From Patescibacteria group bacterium (GTDB taxonomy: Bacteria; Patescibacteriota; Minisyncoccia; UBA6257; JACRHW01), in assembly GCA_028865725.1 (NCBI GenBank), contig JAGWJP010000002.1, positions 104,050 through 168,049 on the forward strand: 64,000 nucleotides of DNA. The letters are read 5' to 3'. The stretch's first letter is position 1. Every line of letters starts with the position of its first letter. This document shows, piece after piece, positions 49,278 through 59,869 of the stretch. Under the pieces are notes generated by a model that saw nothing but the letters and a program-made list of their open reading frames with translations, was not told the DNA's origin and made no database searches. The position numbers and the translations under genes are program-made.

Positions 49278-50032
49278 GAATGGTGTGGTTCTGGACCATG
49301 ATAGGCCAGATGATGAATTCTGTGGCCTTCTTGCGCAAACTCTTGAGGCGAGCCCGCCCACATTACCGTCCGATCTATCACCACAATATGAGAAGCCTCC
49401 TCCGCCACTTTTTCCAAATCATGAGAAACCAGCACAAGTGTCAATCCAAATTCAGTGTTCAAATGCTTAAGAAGCGCATAAAACTCATTACGTGTTACTT
49501 CATCGATTCCTGTCGTCGGTTCATCAAGAAAAATAATTTCAGGTTGTCCCGCAAGAGCGCGCGCAATAAATACGCGCTGCTGCTGCCCTCCTGACAGATC
49601 ACCAATCAAACGATTGCGATATTCCCACATTCCTATTTTAGTAAGTGCTGCCTCTACCTGACGGCGGTCTTCAATCGTCACCTTTTTGAACATTCCCCGC
49701 TTTGCATAACGTCCCATAAGCGCTACTTCCTCGACGGTAACTGGAAAATTAATATCAAAATTCGTTACTTTTTGTGGCACATATCCGATGCGCCACCATT
49801 CTCTAAACTCTTGAATAGGCTCATTAAATAACGCTATGTTCCCCTGCAAAGGAGTAAGCAACCCCAGCATCACACGAAGAAACGTAGATTTTCCTGCCCC
49901 ATTCGGTCCTACAATACCGACATAATCACCCGCGCATACGGAAAGCGAAATGTCATGCAACACTTCACCTTCTCCATATGAAAATGAAATGTGACGAGCG
50001 TCGATAAGCGTGTGCCGTGTTAGTGCGTGCAT
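49274..50032 (-). CDS. znuC: Zn/Mn ABC ATPase
   Basis: GPNGAGKS, YVPQK, LSGGQQQR, DEPT, VSHD. Confidence 0.9.
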   Translation of the reverse strand: MHALTRHTLIDARHISFSYGEGEVLHDISLSVCAGDYVGIVGPNGAGKSTFLRVMLGLLTPLQGNIALFNEPIQEFREWWRIGYVPQKVTNFDINFPVTVEEVALMGRYAKRGMFKKVTIEDRRQVEAALTKIGMWEYRNRLIGDLSGGQQQRVFIARALAGQPEIIFLDEPTTGIDEVTRNEFYALLKHLNTEFGLTLVLVSHDLEKVAEEASHIVVIDRTVMWAGSPQEFAQEGHRIHHLAYHGPEPHHS

Positions 50033-50952
50033 AACAATGCTTTTTGTAATTGTGCCAGATTACGCTCCATAATTGTGAAGTAGTTGTCTCCCCGCTGAAG
50101 TTCCTCTTTTGTCAACCCTTCAAGTGGATTTAGTTCCAAGGTAGTCGCACCCACTTCTTGCGCAAGCGTATTCGCTAATTTGGGACTTACTAAGCTCTCG
50201 AAGAAAATATAATGGACATTGTGCTGCTTCGCGAATGAAGCGATTTGCACCAACGTATTTGCTGAAGGCTCGGCATCAGGAGATAATCCCGCAATCGGAA
50301 CTTGTGTAAGACCGTAGGTACGCGCCAAATATCCAAATGCAGCATGAGAAGTGATAATGTCCTGATTCGCACAATGCGCAAGTCCCTCATGATACGCCTG
50401 ATCAAGCATATGAAGCCGGACAATCAGCGCTGTTGTATTTTTTTGATACGCTTCCGCATGAGACGGATCTACACGAATAAATCCCTCTGAAATCTTTTGC
50501 ACCATCTGCACCGCGAGCGGCGGACTCAACCACACATGAGGATCAGTCTCATGGTGTCCATTCTCTTCCAACATTTGATCGGTGAGCCCTTCTCCTGCTA
50601 CCACCACGAATGTATTCTTTGATGCATTATCTTGCACATTCTGACTCCACGCCTCAAGTCCTCCTCCATTTAATACCACAAGAGCACTCCGCTCTATGCG
50701 AGCCATATCCTGTGCTGTCGGCTCATAGTCGTGCGGCTCAGCGCCTGCAGGAGTAATGTTAAAAACATCAGCGTAGGTTCCCCCTATTTCCTGCGCAAAG
50801 AACGCAAGCGGATAAAAACTTGTGGAAACTTCAACCTTTCCTCCCTGCTCATGAGTTGAGGTTACATCAATATGTTGTGCTATCAACCAAAAAACACCCC
50901 CCAAGAGGAGAACTGCCCCCACTATCTCTATCCACAACAATCCTTTATGCAT
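50020..50952 (-). CDS. znuA: Zn/Mn ABC substrate-binding protein
   Basis: EPHDYEP, DPHVWLSP, HAAFGY, NPLE. Confidence 0.9.
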   Translation of the reverse strand: MHKGLLWIEIVGAVLLLGGVFWLIAQHIDVTSTHEQGGKVEVSTSFYPLAFFAQEIGGTYADVFNITPAGAEPHDYEPTAQDMARIERSALVVLNGGGLEAWSQNVQDNASKNTFVVVAGEGLTDQMLEENGHHETDPHVWLSPPLAVQMVQKISEGFIRVDPSHAEAYQKNTTALIVRLHMLDQAYHEGLAHCANQDIITSHAAFGYLARTYGLTQVPIAGLSPDAEPSANTLVQIASFAKQHNVHYIFFESLVSPKLANTLAQEVGATTLELNPLEGLTKEELQRGDNYFTIMERNLAQLQKALLCTH

Positions 50953-51040
50953 ACAAAAAACTTCAAAAATTACATTTTATCGTAACACATCTTTCGCTCA
51001 TAAAAAAATGCGCAGGATTTCCCGCGCAATGAAACTATTA

Positions 51041-51367
51041 TTATCCTTCTCGGTCTACCACATATCCATTTATAACAAGTACGTCCCGCATCAAATTCAA
51101 TCCACCCACCGTAACCACGGTAACCCGAAATGCACGATCTAAATTTTGAGGAATTTTCGTACCAAGAAACAATTGCCATCCAGGCATATCGCGCTGCACG
51201 ATAGCATTCACCTTTTCCCACGTCGGTCTCGAAGCAAACTCATCTTTCAAAAAACCGCCGTGAGAAAGTGCATTGTAAATTGTACGCTCATGCGTCTCTT
51301 TGCTCTGTGTTTCCGCGTGTCGCAGAAGTGCACGCCCAATCGCTGCCTCTACCTCATTCCACGCCAT
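51041..51367 (-). CDS. Hypothetical protein
   Basis: 108-aa ORF with AAGGAG site and its own promoter-like sequence. Confidence 0.55.
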   Translation of the reverse strand: MAWNEVEAAIGRALLRHAETQSKETHERTIYNALSHGGFLKDEFASRPTWEKVNAIVQRDMPGWQLFLGTKIPQNLDRAFRVTVVTVGGLNLMRDVLVINGYVVDREG

Positions 51368-51443
51368 GGCTTTTGCTCTCCTTTCCTAGATTGCCCCACA
51401 GCATAACACCCCCCTCAAGTTTGTCGAGATCTTACACACGGCA

Positions 51444-52073
51444 CTAACTTGCCCAGCTCTTATACGCTTGCTGTAAGCGATCGATCTCCTCAGGGCTTAG
51501 AGTCTTATACACTCGCACCCAGTCATTTGCAATCTGTTCTTGCGCCACCTTGATATCTACCACTCCTGCACATACTTCTTCGTGAAGATAGTCCTCTACA
51601 AGATCCTTTTCGCGAAACCCGGGCACGGGATCTGCGGCCTCAGGAAATAGGTTCGCGATATCATTGCTTCCCCCGAGCTCAAGAGGAATTACATGATCGA
51701 TCTCTACTGTGCCGTAGGGTGCGGGATACGACATGCCGTATTCTCGAAATACCTTTTTCTTCGTGGCGGTGGAAACATTACGAACCGTCTTGGTGTATCC
51801 TAAAACACAAATTACATCGGGGGTTGCACGAGCAAAAACTGCTCCAGGCGTACAGGAGTGGTCAGGAAGACTATCATGTACCATACATTCCGCGGTTTTA
51901 TTTCGCGTATCGAGATGAAACGGAACAGATGCATGAAGCAAAAAATCGGCAGTGTTCTGCCGGGAATCAAGAGACACTAAACTCTCATGCATTCGCGTGG
52001 TGTACCAAAAATATCCCCCGCCCCCCAAAACGGCCAGAATAATAAATAAAATGCTAGTGGTACGCGCCGACAT
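51444..52073 (-). CDS. Membrane-anchored HNH endonuclease-like protein
   Basis: N-terminal TM; PD..CTPG, EIDHVIPLELGGSNDIANL.P, KD..E..LH..VC. Confidence 0.85.
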   Translation of the reverse strand: MSARTTSILFIILAVLGGGGYFWYTTRMHESLVSLDSRQNTADFLLHASVPFHLDTRNKTAECMVHDSLPDHSCTPGAVFARATPDVICVLGYTKTVRNVSTATKKKVFREYGMSYPAPYGTVEIDHVIPLELGGSNDIANLFPEAADPVPGFREKDLVEDYLHEEVCAGVVDIKVAQEQIANDWVRVYKTLSPEEIDRLQQAYKSWAS

Positions 52074-52154
52074 AGTTTGTCGTGTGCTTACAGCCTATCA
52101 CATGTTCTGTGCTTGCTCCAATATGCTATACTAACAGTACACAATCTCATCGCT

Positions 52155-53051
52155 ATGAATAAAGATGCGCTCTCCATTTTGTTTTTCACTCTTCTTGCGG
52201 GCGTAGGGCTATTTGTCTTGCGTTCTGTACCGCTCAATAACTTCATTACCCCCCTCTCCTCATTGACTGCCTCCTCTACCCTTACTTCGCGCGCTCCCAC
52301 CTACCGCAATCCAAGCCCATCCGCTTCTCCTTCTTCGCCTACTGTTTCCGCAAGCACAAGCACGCCCATTAATCCCTATGATATCCCCGCCGGCTTTTCT
52401 GCGAACGACCTCTCCCCTTATTTTCATAAAATACGCTTCTCAACCGCCTACCCGGGATATGGAAGCTCTTACGGACAAGTCGCCCTCTCATCCAATTTTT
52501 ACGACGACGAGCATATTGATATCACGGGATGGCTAATTCAAGGAAATCAGGGTAGTCAGATTGTTCCGCATGCCATCAATGTCTACGATCCTACAGGACT
52601 CGCTCCCGAAACCGACATTATCATGAAACAAAATTCCATCGTACGCATGTACTCCACCGCAAGCGCTATCGGTAGAAACCTTCAGTTGAATGAATGCAGC
52701 GGCTACCTCGCAAACGCAAATTCATTTACCCCAGAGCTCCCGCTTACCTGCCCACGCCCTACTGACTCCGAAATATCAGGCTATAGTAACCCATGCCAAG
52801 ACTATGTCTCTTCCCTCAGCACCTGTGGTGCACCGGCAGCCAATCCTCCAGGATTAGAATACGACAACGCATGCAGATCCTATCTTTTGACACTCAACTA
52901 TCGCGGATGCTACGAACGCCACGTAAACGATGTAAATTTTCTCGGTAATGAATGGTGGGTGTGGACCAACAACAACTTCGTTGCCACACGGCGAGAAAAT
53001 CTGCGCCTCTTTGATAACAACCACCTGCTCGTCGATACCTACCAATATTAA
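52155..53051 (+). CDS. Secreted Cys-rich protein with lamin-tail-like domain
   Basis: Signal/TM, S/T/P linker, IDITGW.I, NECSGYL, L.D....LVD.Y.Y. Confidence 0.7.
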   Translation: MNKDALSILFFTLLAGVGLFVLRSVPLNNFITPLSSLTASSTLTSRAPTYRNPSPSASPSSPTVSASTSTPINPYDIPAGFSANDLSPYFHKIRFSTAYPGYGSSYGQVALSSNFYDDEHIDITGWLIQGNQGSQIVPHAINVYDPTGLAPETDIIMKQNSIVRMYSTASAIGRNLQLNECSGYLANANSFTPELPLTCPRPTDSEISGYSNPCQDYVSSLSTCGAPAANPPGLEYDNACRSYLLTLNYRGCYERHVNDVNFLGNEWWVWTNNNFVATRRENLRLFDNNHLLVDTYQY

Positions 53052-53121
53052 AGAGGGAAAATATAAACCATGGAATATCGTAATAAAAAACCGGGCTATT
53101 CCCGGTTTTTTAATATTTTCC

Positions 53122-53742
53122 CTATGTCCCCGCACGAAGAATAAAATAAAGCAGTTCGAGAATGGATTCTTCCGTCAGCCTTCCGTATCTATTTAATGTG
53201 GCGCAAAGCAGCATATTCGCAGATACGTTACAACGTGATGCCTGTTCATGAAGCAAGAGGAATGTACGCTCGGAGATCATGGTGGTAAATCGAGATCCTG
53301 CGTGAAGGACAAATACGCGTATCGTTTTGCTTGAAACAATCTGTGCAAGATCGCCTTCAATCACGACGGGATTCATACCCAAAAGCTCGTCAGTGAAAAG
53401 ATTGTTGGGAATTTCATTCCACAAAAAGATATCCCTTCCGATTCTCCAAGCCTGAAAAATCTCCAGAAATGTCGCGCCGCCAATATAATTTTTTTGATCA
53501 CCCTTGTCAAAATTGAGCACGAGAAGCGCGTCATTTCCTCTTACCTTTTCCTCTTGGAGCATTAGCATCTTTGCTTTCCATGTTCGATGCGCTTCTTCTC
53601 CCCGTTCTCTCATGCGCTCTTCCCAAAACGGTTCATCATAACTATTCGGAAGCGTCACCACATGGCCCTGTGCCTCAAGCGCCGCTTTGATAGGAGGAAT
53701 ACGATCATAGCAATACTTGCTACACACAATAAAAATCTTCAT
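53122..53742 (-). CDS. Nucleoside 2-deoxyribosyltransferase-like protein with C-terminal extension
   Basis: KIFIVCS, DALLVLN..K..NYIGGATFLE. Confidence 0.7.
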   Translation of the reverse strand: MKIFIVCSKYCYDRIPPIKAALEAQGHVVTLPNSYDEPFWEERMRERGEEAHRTWKAKMLMLQEEKVRGNDALLVLNFDKGDQKNYIGGATFLEIFQAWRIGRDIFLWNEIPNNLFTDELLGMNPVVIEGDLAQIVSSKTIRVFVLHAGSRFTTMISERTFLLLHEQASRCNVSANMLLCATLNRYGRLTEESILELLYFILRAGT

Positions 53743-53851
53743 TACCTATATCTCCTGCAAGAAAGAGCTGGTACAAGCATACTATACAATGATCAATGTA
53801 TCAATATGTGGTTCCCAATCAAAAACCGCCGCGATAGTCATCGAGACGGTT

Positions 53852-54097
53852 TTAATTTCCTTTTAGTATTTTATTCCTTAATAATGCTGCTTGTAGTTCT
53901 TGTTCTTTTTCTTTTGCCGCAAGTGCTTTTGCTTTTTCCTTTTCGCTTATCTCTGGACGTGGTTTGGGGTCGGTAGCTGTTCCTTCTTTCTGAGTGTCGG
54001 GGCCTTCCTGTTTTTTTTCATCCTGTCCCTTGGAGGGCCGCTCAAAAAAGGGCTTATGAGAGGGGCTTCCTGGGGTGATAGGTTTGATTATTTCCAT
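53852..54097 (-). CDS. Small charged hypothetical protein
   Basis: 81-aa ORF followed by a hairpin terminator. Confidence 0.5.
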   Translation of the reverse strand: MEIIKPITPGSPSHKPFFERPSKGQDEKKQEGPDTQKEGTATDPKPRPEISEKEKAKALAAKEKEQELQAALLRNKILKGN

Positions 54098-54193
54098 AGT
54101 ATAATACTACATAATTAGTATACCATATTTATAAAAAAATGCAAGCATACCTGTACAGTATACACAAAAAATCGCTCAAATTTGAGCGAAAGA

Positions 54194-54841
54194 CTACACA
54201 ATAGTCACCACTAATCGTACCGCCCACGCAAGGCCACGCAACACATAATGAATGACGCTAAACATAACACCTCCTCCCGCAATGAGCGCATTTTCAAACG
54301 TATGTGATTGTCGAAGCCCGCGCACCCATCCATATGCCGTATAGAGTATAAATATGACAATCCCCCACCACATATTCAAAGAAATACAGTGGTGATGGGG
54401 GCATTTCATCGCCTTCGCAATCTCTTCCCGAGCGTGTGCATTGCCATAGTAAACGGCAACGAACGTCAGTGCCATAAGAAAGTAAGGACGCCACTTCTCT
54501 GCCAGAGCAGGATAGAGAATGATAAGCCCAGAAGCGGCCGACACCACGAGCATCGCAACAAAAGACGACTCCAACGCTCCTCCTGTTTCATGGTGCGCAA
54601 TAAGCGGACCGGAAACAAACCCCAAGACGACGCTCATTCCCCCCACTGCCACAACGCGCACAACCCTACTCTCCACGAGTTCTAGCACCATCACGCAGGA
54701 CGCACAGATAAGTAATGCAGTGAGACATGTGTGTAAATTGAGAATCATATGATAACTCATCAGGGCGCCCCACAACCATGCAGAAGAAACCAAAAAGGTA
54801 AACAATCCTATCATGCGTATATAACATGCCCTTCCAAGCAT
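54194..54841 (-). CDS. Divergent BAX inhibitor-1/YccA-like membrane protein
   Basis: Multi-TM; GF..GPLIA..., G.VIF.LYTAY...T.ENA. Confidence 0.55.
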   Translation of the reverse strand: MLGRACYIRMIGLFTFLVSSAWLWGALMSYHMILNLHTCLTALLICASCVMVLELVESRVVRVVAVGGMSVVLGFVSGPLIAHHETGGALESSFVAMLVVSAASGLIILYPALAEKWRPYFLMALTFVAVYYGNAHAREEIAKAMKCPHHHCISLNMWWGIVIFILYTAYGWVRGLRQSHTFENALIAGGGVMFSVIHYVLRGLAWAVRLVVTIV

Positions 54842-55167
54842 TGCGGCACCTTCTTTTTTATTTCAAACAACTACAACAAAAATAGCACATTGCGTGCTAT
54901 TGATCAATTCATTGTTCCCACCCCCCTCTGCCGTACTTAAGAGGCTACAGAATACCAGTTAACTTTTTTAAACACCCCTTTTTCCTCCTTTTTAGATTTC
55001 AAGGAACTTGAAAAAGTTATAGCACATCATTGATATATAAGTCAACATTCGCGGCCCTTAAGTCCTCCTCCCCTGAGGCATCCAAAATCAAAGTGCGGTG
55101 CCCTACATAGCACACCGCGCACATCTTTACGTGGTGTATGCTCGCTATATTATTCCTTCACACATTC

Positions 55168-55719
55168 CTATTGCTCGCGATGAAACACTTCTCCTGCCTG
55201 CCAAGGTGTACCAAGCGCAGGTAATACATAGCGATCGAGTCCAAGCCATCCCGCGGTGCGCCATGCAAGGATTAATAATAATTGGAAAAGAAGCATCACG
55301 GGATTTAGGCTTACTGTACCCGCAAACAAGTAGTTTAGGTTCATGAATGTGCCAAAAAACGCGGCAATTCCCGTAAAGACACCAAAAATCAACGCAACGC
55401 CTACCGCAAGTTCTCCATAGGTAATCAAGTATGAAAAGAATACGGGATGAGGCAACGCGATATGTCGGATAAAAAACGAGTACCATCCCGATACATCAGG
55501 ATGCTGTCCTCCCGCTTTTTGAAGTGCGGCGGTCAAGAAACCCTTAACGGCAACCCCCGCCGAAGATCCTGTCCACGCAGCACTGCCCAATTTTTCCCAC
55601 CCCGCCATCACCCACTCATACCCAATATAGACGCGCACGATAAGCCAAAACCACGCCATACGTGTATCTGAAAAAAGAAAACGCGACAATGCAGGCTCTG
55701 GTATTTCGATTGTATGCAT
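55168..55719 (-). CDS. DoxX/DoxD-family membrane protein
   Basis: RVYIGYEW..AGWEK, GELAVG, MNLNYLFAG..S.NP, GLDR. Confidence 0.88.
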   Translation of the reverse strand: MHTIEIPEPALSRFLFSDTRMAWFWLIVRVYIGYEWVMAGWEKLGSAAWTGSSAGVAVKGFLTAALQKAGGQHPDVSGWYSFFIRHIALPHPVFFSYLITYGELAVGVALIFGVFTGIAAFFGTFMNLNYLFAGTVSLNPVMLLFQLLLILAWRTAGWLGLDRYVLPALGTPWQAGEVFHREQ

Positions 55720-55883
55720 AGTGAATTGTTAATGTAATAAAAACGCCTTTCCTATTGTGAGTATATCACACTCAAAAAATCAAGAGCAGTGAAACGTTAT
55801 CCACTATAGTCACTTGTCACACGATACAATGGTTTTATAATAAAAGAAAGGTCGCGTGGTATACCATAACACCTATTTGATTT

Positions 55884-56126
55884 ATGAATACCTGTTCACC
55901 CAAAGCTCTTGGTGTTGCGCTCGGCGTCCTCTGGGCTTTGTACGTATTTTTTGCAGGCATTTTTGCAATGTACGGCTGGGGAAGCGCACTTGTCGCATTG
56001 CTCAGTTCATTCTACCTTGGCTACGGTGCTTCATTTGCAGGAGCACTCATCGGCGCGGTATGGGCATTTGTCGATGGCTTTGTTGCGGGAGCAATTATCG
56101 CATGGGTTTATAATAAAATAGCCTAG
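55884..56126 (+). CDS. Small membrane protein (holin-like family)
   Basis: Y.GY..SF.GALIG..WAFVDG..G..IAWVYN. Confidence 0.75.
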   Translation: MNTCSPKALGVALGVLWALYVFFAGIFAMYGWGSALVALLSSFYLGYGASFAGALIGAVWAFVDGFVAGAIIAWVYNKIA

Positions 56127-56234
56127 TACTTTTCATTCTCCATCAAAAAGAGCGTTTAATGCGAACGCTCTTTTTTCTTCTTCATTGTTATTTAAAAAAC
56201 CGCCTTGAATAAGCGGCTCATCACACACTCGTTG

Positions 56235-56663
56235 TTAGTTATTCGAAAACGAGGTACCTCTGCCTCCTTTTTCCTGAGGTGGTTCCGTAGAAGGAAGGGG
56301 CATCATCGCCATCAAAATTCCGGAATCCGCAAAAACAGCCACACGTATATATCCCTTAGGAATAGGGTTAGCGGCAACCTTGGCCACCGAAGGAACAATT
56401 TCCCCGATACGGTCGATAAATCCTTTCGTTGCGATCCCAATTACCACACGCTTGATATTAAAATCTATACCGGAAAATCCCTCCTCACAAAAATGAAATG
56501 TTTTCGCTATCTCGCCCCAGACAGGATCATTCATATCAAGCGCTATGATAACAAATGCGGTGCTGTCTAATTCTCCTATGACAAACTGCTGATACGCTAC
56601 TGATGCAATCTGATCTCTTATGGCGAGAAATAATTTGGCACGCTTCCCCTCATAAGGATTCAT
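56235..56663 (-). CDS. Hypothetical protein
   Basis: 142-aa ORF with GGAG site and downstream terminator. Confidence 0.55.
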   Translation of the reverse strand: MNPYEGKRAKLFLAIRDQIASVAYQQFVIGELDSTAFVIIALDMNDPVWGEIAKTFHFCEEGFSGIDFNIKRVVIGIATKGFIDRIGEIVPSVAKVAANPIPKGYIRVAVFADSGILMAMMPLPSTEPPQEKGGRGTSFSNN

Positions 56664-56806
56664 GTACCATCACGCTCCGCTCCCAATGAACTGACTTCAC
56701 ATTAGCATATCTTTCTTCTCTTTTCTAGTCCCGGTGCGAACAATCTTTGTTTGATCTTTTCCACAACGTCTGCGGCATAACAAAAATCTCGCGGAGAAGC
56801 GAGATA

Positions 56807-57583
56807 TTATGTGCCGTTGAATAACGGATTTGTTTCGACAAAAGAAAACATCCTGAATATACGATCAATGGTAACCACACGCGGATCTGTGATATGCTCC
56901 TCTATGAGTTCTGCCGCCCATGTATAATACGGAATATACAATCCATATGCCCCCGCTTGCAATGCGGGCACAATATCAGATTGAAACGAGTTACCGACGC
57001 TAATAAGGGTATGATCCGGATAACGTTCTTGTAGAGCGCGAAACTCCTGTTCTGTTTTCGAGTGTGTAATATGAATCTCCGCGCCAAACCATCGGTCAAG
57101 ATTTAACATATCAATCTTCGTCTTTTGTACTAATTCATCTCCCTTGGTAATCAAGATCAGTGCGTCGCCCCGCGCAACAAGAAAATCCAACACTTCCCCG
57201 CCGCCCTCTACGAGGCCCTGCTCCTGATACCGAAGCGGATCAAATGCCGAATATCCGATATCACGCACCCGCTGTAGTACCAACTCATTCACATTTCCAA
57301 ACCCCTGCGCGCAAAGCCACCGATAGGTCCGCACGAGAGATTCGGGAAAACGATGCCGCGTATAGCCATAGGGGATCATAAGAGCCGGATTAATTTCCTC
57401 ACGCAATCCAAGATCAATTTTCTCCGAAATCGTGCCGAGGGTGCGAATTTCCAAAAGCCTATGTTTATAGAGTTTCAGCAGATAATTATAAAATACCTCA
57501 AATGCGACGGAATATGCATACGAAGTCCATATTAAGGTATCATCTAAATCAAACACCCAGCATATCTTTCGCTTGACGCTCAT
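56807..57583 (-). CDS. HAD-superfamily hydrolase
   Basis: FDLDDTL, ITKGD, VGNS..SDI.PA; TAAGGAGGTGA before ATG. Confidence 0.88.
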   Translation of the reverse strand: MSVKRKICWVFDLDDTLIWTSYAYSVAFEVFYNYLLKLYKHRLLEIRTLGTISEKIDLGLREEINPALMIPYGYTRHRFPESLVRTYRWLCAQGFGNVNELVLQRVRDIGYSAFDPLRYQEQGLVEGGGEVLDFLVARGDALILITKGDELVQKTKIDMLNLDRWFGAEIHITHSKTEQEFRALQERYPDHTLISVGNSFQSDIVPALQAGAYGLYIPYYTWAAELIEEHITDPRVVTIDRIFRMFSFVETNPLFNGT

Positions 57584-57739
57584 CACATTCACCTCCTTAC
57601 ACCTTTTTGCAACCAGCATTACTGGCCTTAACGGTTTTCAACGGACTATAAAAATAGTAATATGACAGGACGCATTTGTACAGTACATCAACAGAAAACA
57701 AAAACGCCCTTGCAAGGCGTCCGCGTTGGTGCGAGTGGT

Positions 57740-58282
57740 TTATTTACTCTTCTTATTACGCTTTTTTGCAGATCGCAACACGCGCTGAAGAATCCTGATT
57801 TCGTCCTCGAGCCCTCTCACCATAGTTTGCATATGACGCACAGCTCCCTGGTCAGCACCCTCAAAGGTTGCAAACGTTCCTAGTAGTTCCTCTCTCGAAA
57901 ATCCATAATATAAATAATATGCACTGGGGTTTACATAAATCCGATAATAAAACGAGGCCACTTTCACGGAATACCCTTCATACCCAAAATACTTCCATGG
58001 TAGCTGTCGCTTCTTTCGTTTCGCAGGAGTACGCATATTCTTTTCCTCCTTCTTTTCTTCCGGATCAGAGAGCATCTGAGTAAAGAACTGACAAGTTAAG
58101 CATTGCGTGATGTGAATCAATCGTTCTTCAGGAAGATCAGGATATGCCTCCCACTCCTCGATCCCAAGACAATCAGGCGTTGAGGGAGTTTGATGAAACG
58201 TTTCATCAAGTCTTCGCTGTAAATCCTCTGAAGTCATGCCCCACTCACGTGCAGCCGCCTCTAATGCTTCATTTTCGTCCAT
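57740..58282 (-). CDS. Hypothetical protein with HxxxCxxC (zf-HC2-like) motif
   Basis: DCL..HITQCLTC; AGGAGGT site. Confidence 0.55.
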   Translation of the reverse strand: MDENEALEAAAREWGMTSEDLQRRLDETFHQTPSTPDCLGIEEWEAYPDLPEERLIHITQCLTCQFFTQMLSDPEEKKEEKNMRTPAKRKKRQLPWKYFGYEGYSVKVASFYYRIYVNPSAYYLYYGFSREELLGTFATFEGADQGAVRHMQTMVRGLEDEIRILQRVLRSAKKRNKKSK

Positions 58283-58683
58283 ATGGATACCTCCTCACCT
58301 CACAATGGACTGCCTCAAGAATATCACGCGCGAAACGAAAAGATAATCATACGCCTAGTTTGATAAGACAAAATATGTAGAATCATCTAACAGACTGCAA
58401 ATGGTAATAAAAAAGCCCTGATATGTCGGGGCTAAACACATTAGATTAAAAATTATAGAGCGTCCCTGATATCAATCCAAGATAAAATTCCGCATCGCGA
58501 AACGCAAACTGATTCATCTGACTCTTCATATCAATATCAGCCAGTTGAAAGAGGTGCAGAAACTTCTCACGAGCATTTCTTGGGTTAAGCGACATCGCAT
58601 GATACAGCACCACAATCGCATCAGTATAATTATGAGTGGATTCCGGACCGCACATGGTAGCGATACCGACTACTTCTCGAGCG

Positions 58684-59047
58684 GTCAAAAATGACAACGG
58701 AAGCATCTTCACCAATTACTATCTTGGCACAAACGAAAGAAGCGACCTCTTGGTGAAGACGCTTCATGCACTCGATATGTTTTGTAGAGAACACAACATT
58801 GTTCATTACCTCATTGATCCTGGTAAACCAGCTCAGAATGGCACCGTAGAACGAAGTCACCGAGAAGATCAGGAGAAATTTTATGAACAACATACGTTCA
58901 AGACAATCACCGATTTGCGACGTAAACTAAAACAGTGGAATATATATTACAATGATCTTGAGCACTGTGGGTTGAAAGGAAAAACACCGAATGAATTTCT
59001 TCTTGATTATCAATTAACTAATCCGCCAGATGTCCGTACCTAAAACA
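58684..59047 (+). mobile_element. Truncated IS481-like transposase (rve core, 3' part)
   Basis: NDNGSIF, PGKPAQNGTVERSHR, YYN..H.GL.GKTP; ends in ..ACA like an IS481 right end; first catalytic Asp and HTH missing. Confidence 0.8.
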
Positions 59048-59218
59048 CCGCTCTATTTTCTCAAAAAGTTCGAAAGTCACAATAGGTTGGGTGGAGGTGG
59101 CGCCTGTACCTGAATTGGTGGTGGACCAGATGAGGCAACTTTGTAGCCTCATCTAACATATCAGGTAAGGCGGTAAAAAATGAAAAAACCGCGTAATGCG
59201 GTGTATTTATGTTATTCT

Positions 59219-59569
59219 TTATTCTTGCCTCATATCTGCAAGAAGTTTTATGGTGTTCAAACCGGGAGTAGCAATTTCTCTCAAACTACCTGTGGTGGGA
59301 TCACCGTAACACAAGATTTTTCCTTCTTGAGTTTTTTCTACAGCAACGCAATACAGATGCACTGCTTCGTTGAGGAATGCTTTAAAATCTTTAAAGCCAC
59401 ACCTTCGTATAACCCTAGCAACCCGGTCGTGATATTCTTCACTAAGGATAAAAGAGACTTCATGGTTAAGCCTTTCTCGATCGAAAACTTCCTCATAGTT
59501 AGTTTCTTGTTTTTCATCAGGTTTCTTTGAGAAAAGGGATACAACACGAGAACTCAACCATTTAAACAT
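59219..59569 (-). CDS. Hypothetical protein
   Basis: AAGGAG before ATG 59569; terminator at ~59183-59202. Confidence 0.55.
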   Translation of the reverse strand: MFKWLSSRVVSLFSKKPDEKQETNYEEVFDRERLNHEVSFILSEEYHDRVARVIRRCGFKDFKAFLNEAVHLYCVAVEKTQEGKILCYGDPTTGSLREIATPGLNTIKLLADMRQE

Positions 59570-59869
59570 ATGTCTTATCTCCTTCAACGAACTGAAAAAA
59601 ATATAACACAAAAACGTACTGTTTGTCTAGCCCATCTCAAAAAAGTTCGAAAGTCGCAAAGGGTATCAAAAAATCATCTGATTTTATCACGTGATTTTCG
59701 GCTGCTCCGCATGATGCGCGATGTAAGAACCTTGTTCGCTACCCTCTCCTGATATATCAGGTAGGGTAGTAAAATTAAGAAACCTCAACCCTCAAATCTA
59801 CTTCCTCCCCTGACTTCGCTATGCCGTGCCAGAGGAGGAAGTCATTAAATACACAACACGTGTAAAAAA

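Noticed and set aside
58446-58715. 89-aa minus-strand ORF as an intact gene
   Set aside because: Its start lies inside the IS fragment; it is more likely the 3' remnant of an interrupted gene.
59059-59774. CRISPR array or integron attC sites
   Set aside because: There are only two units with non-uniform spacing, no cas or intI gene in the window, and no clear RYYYAAC/GTTRRRY boxes.
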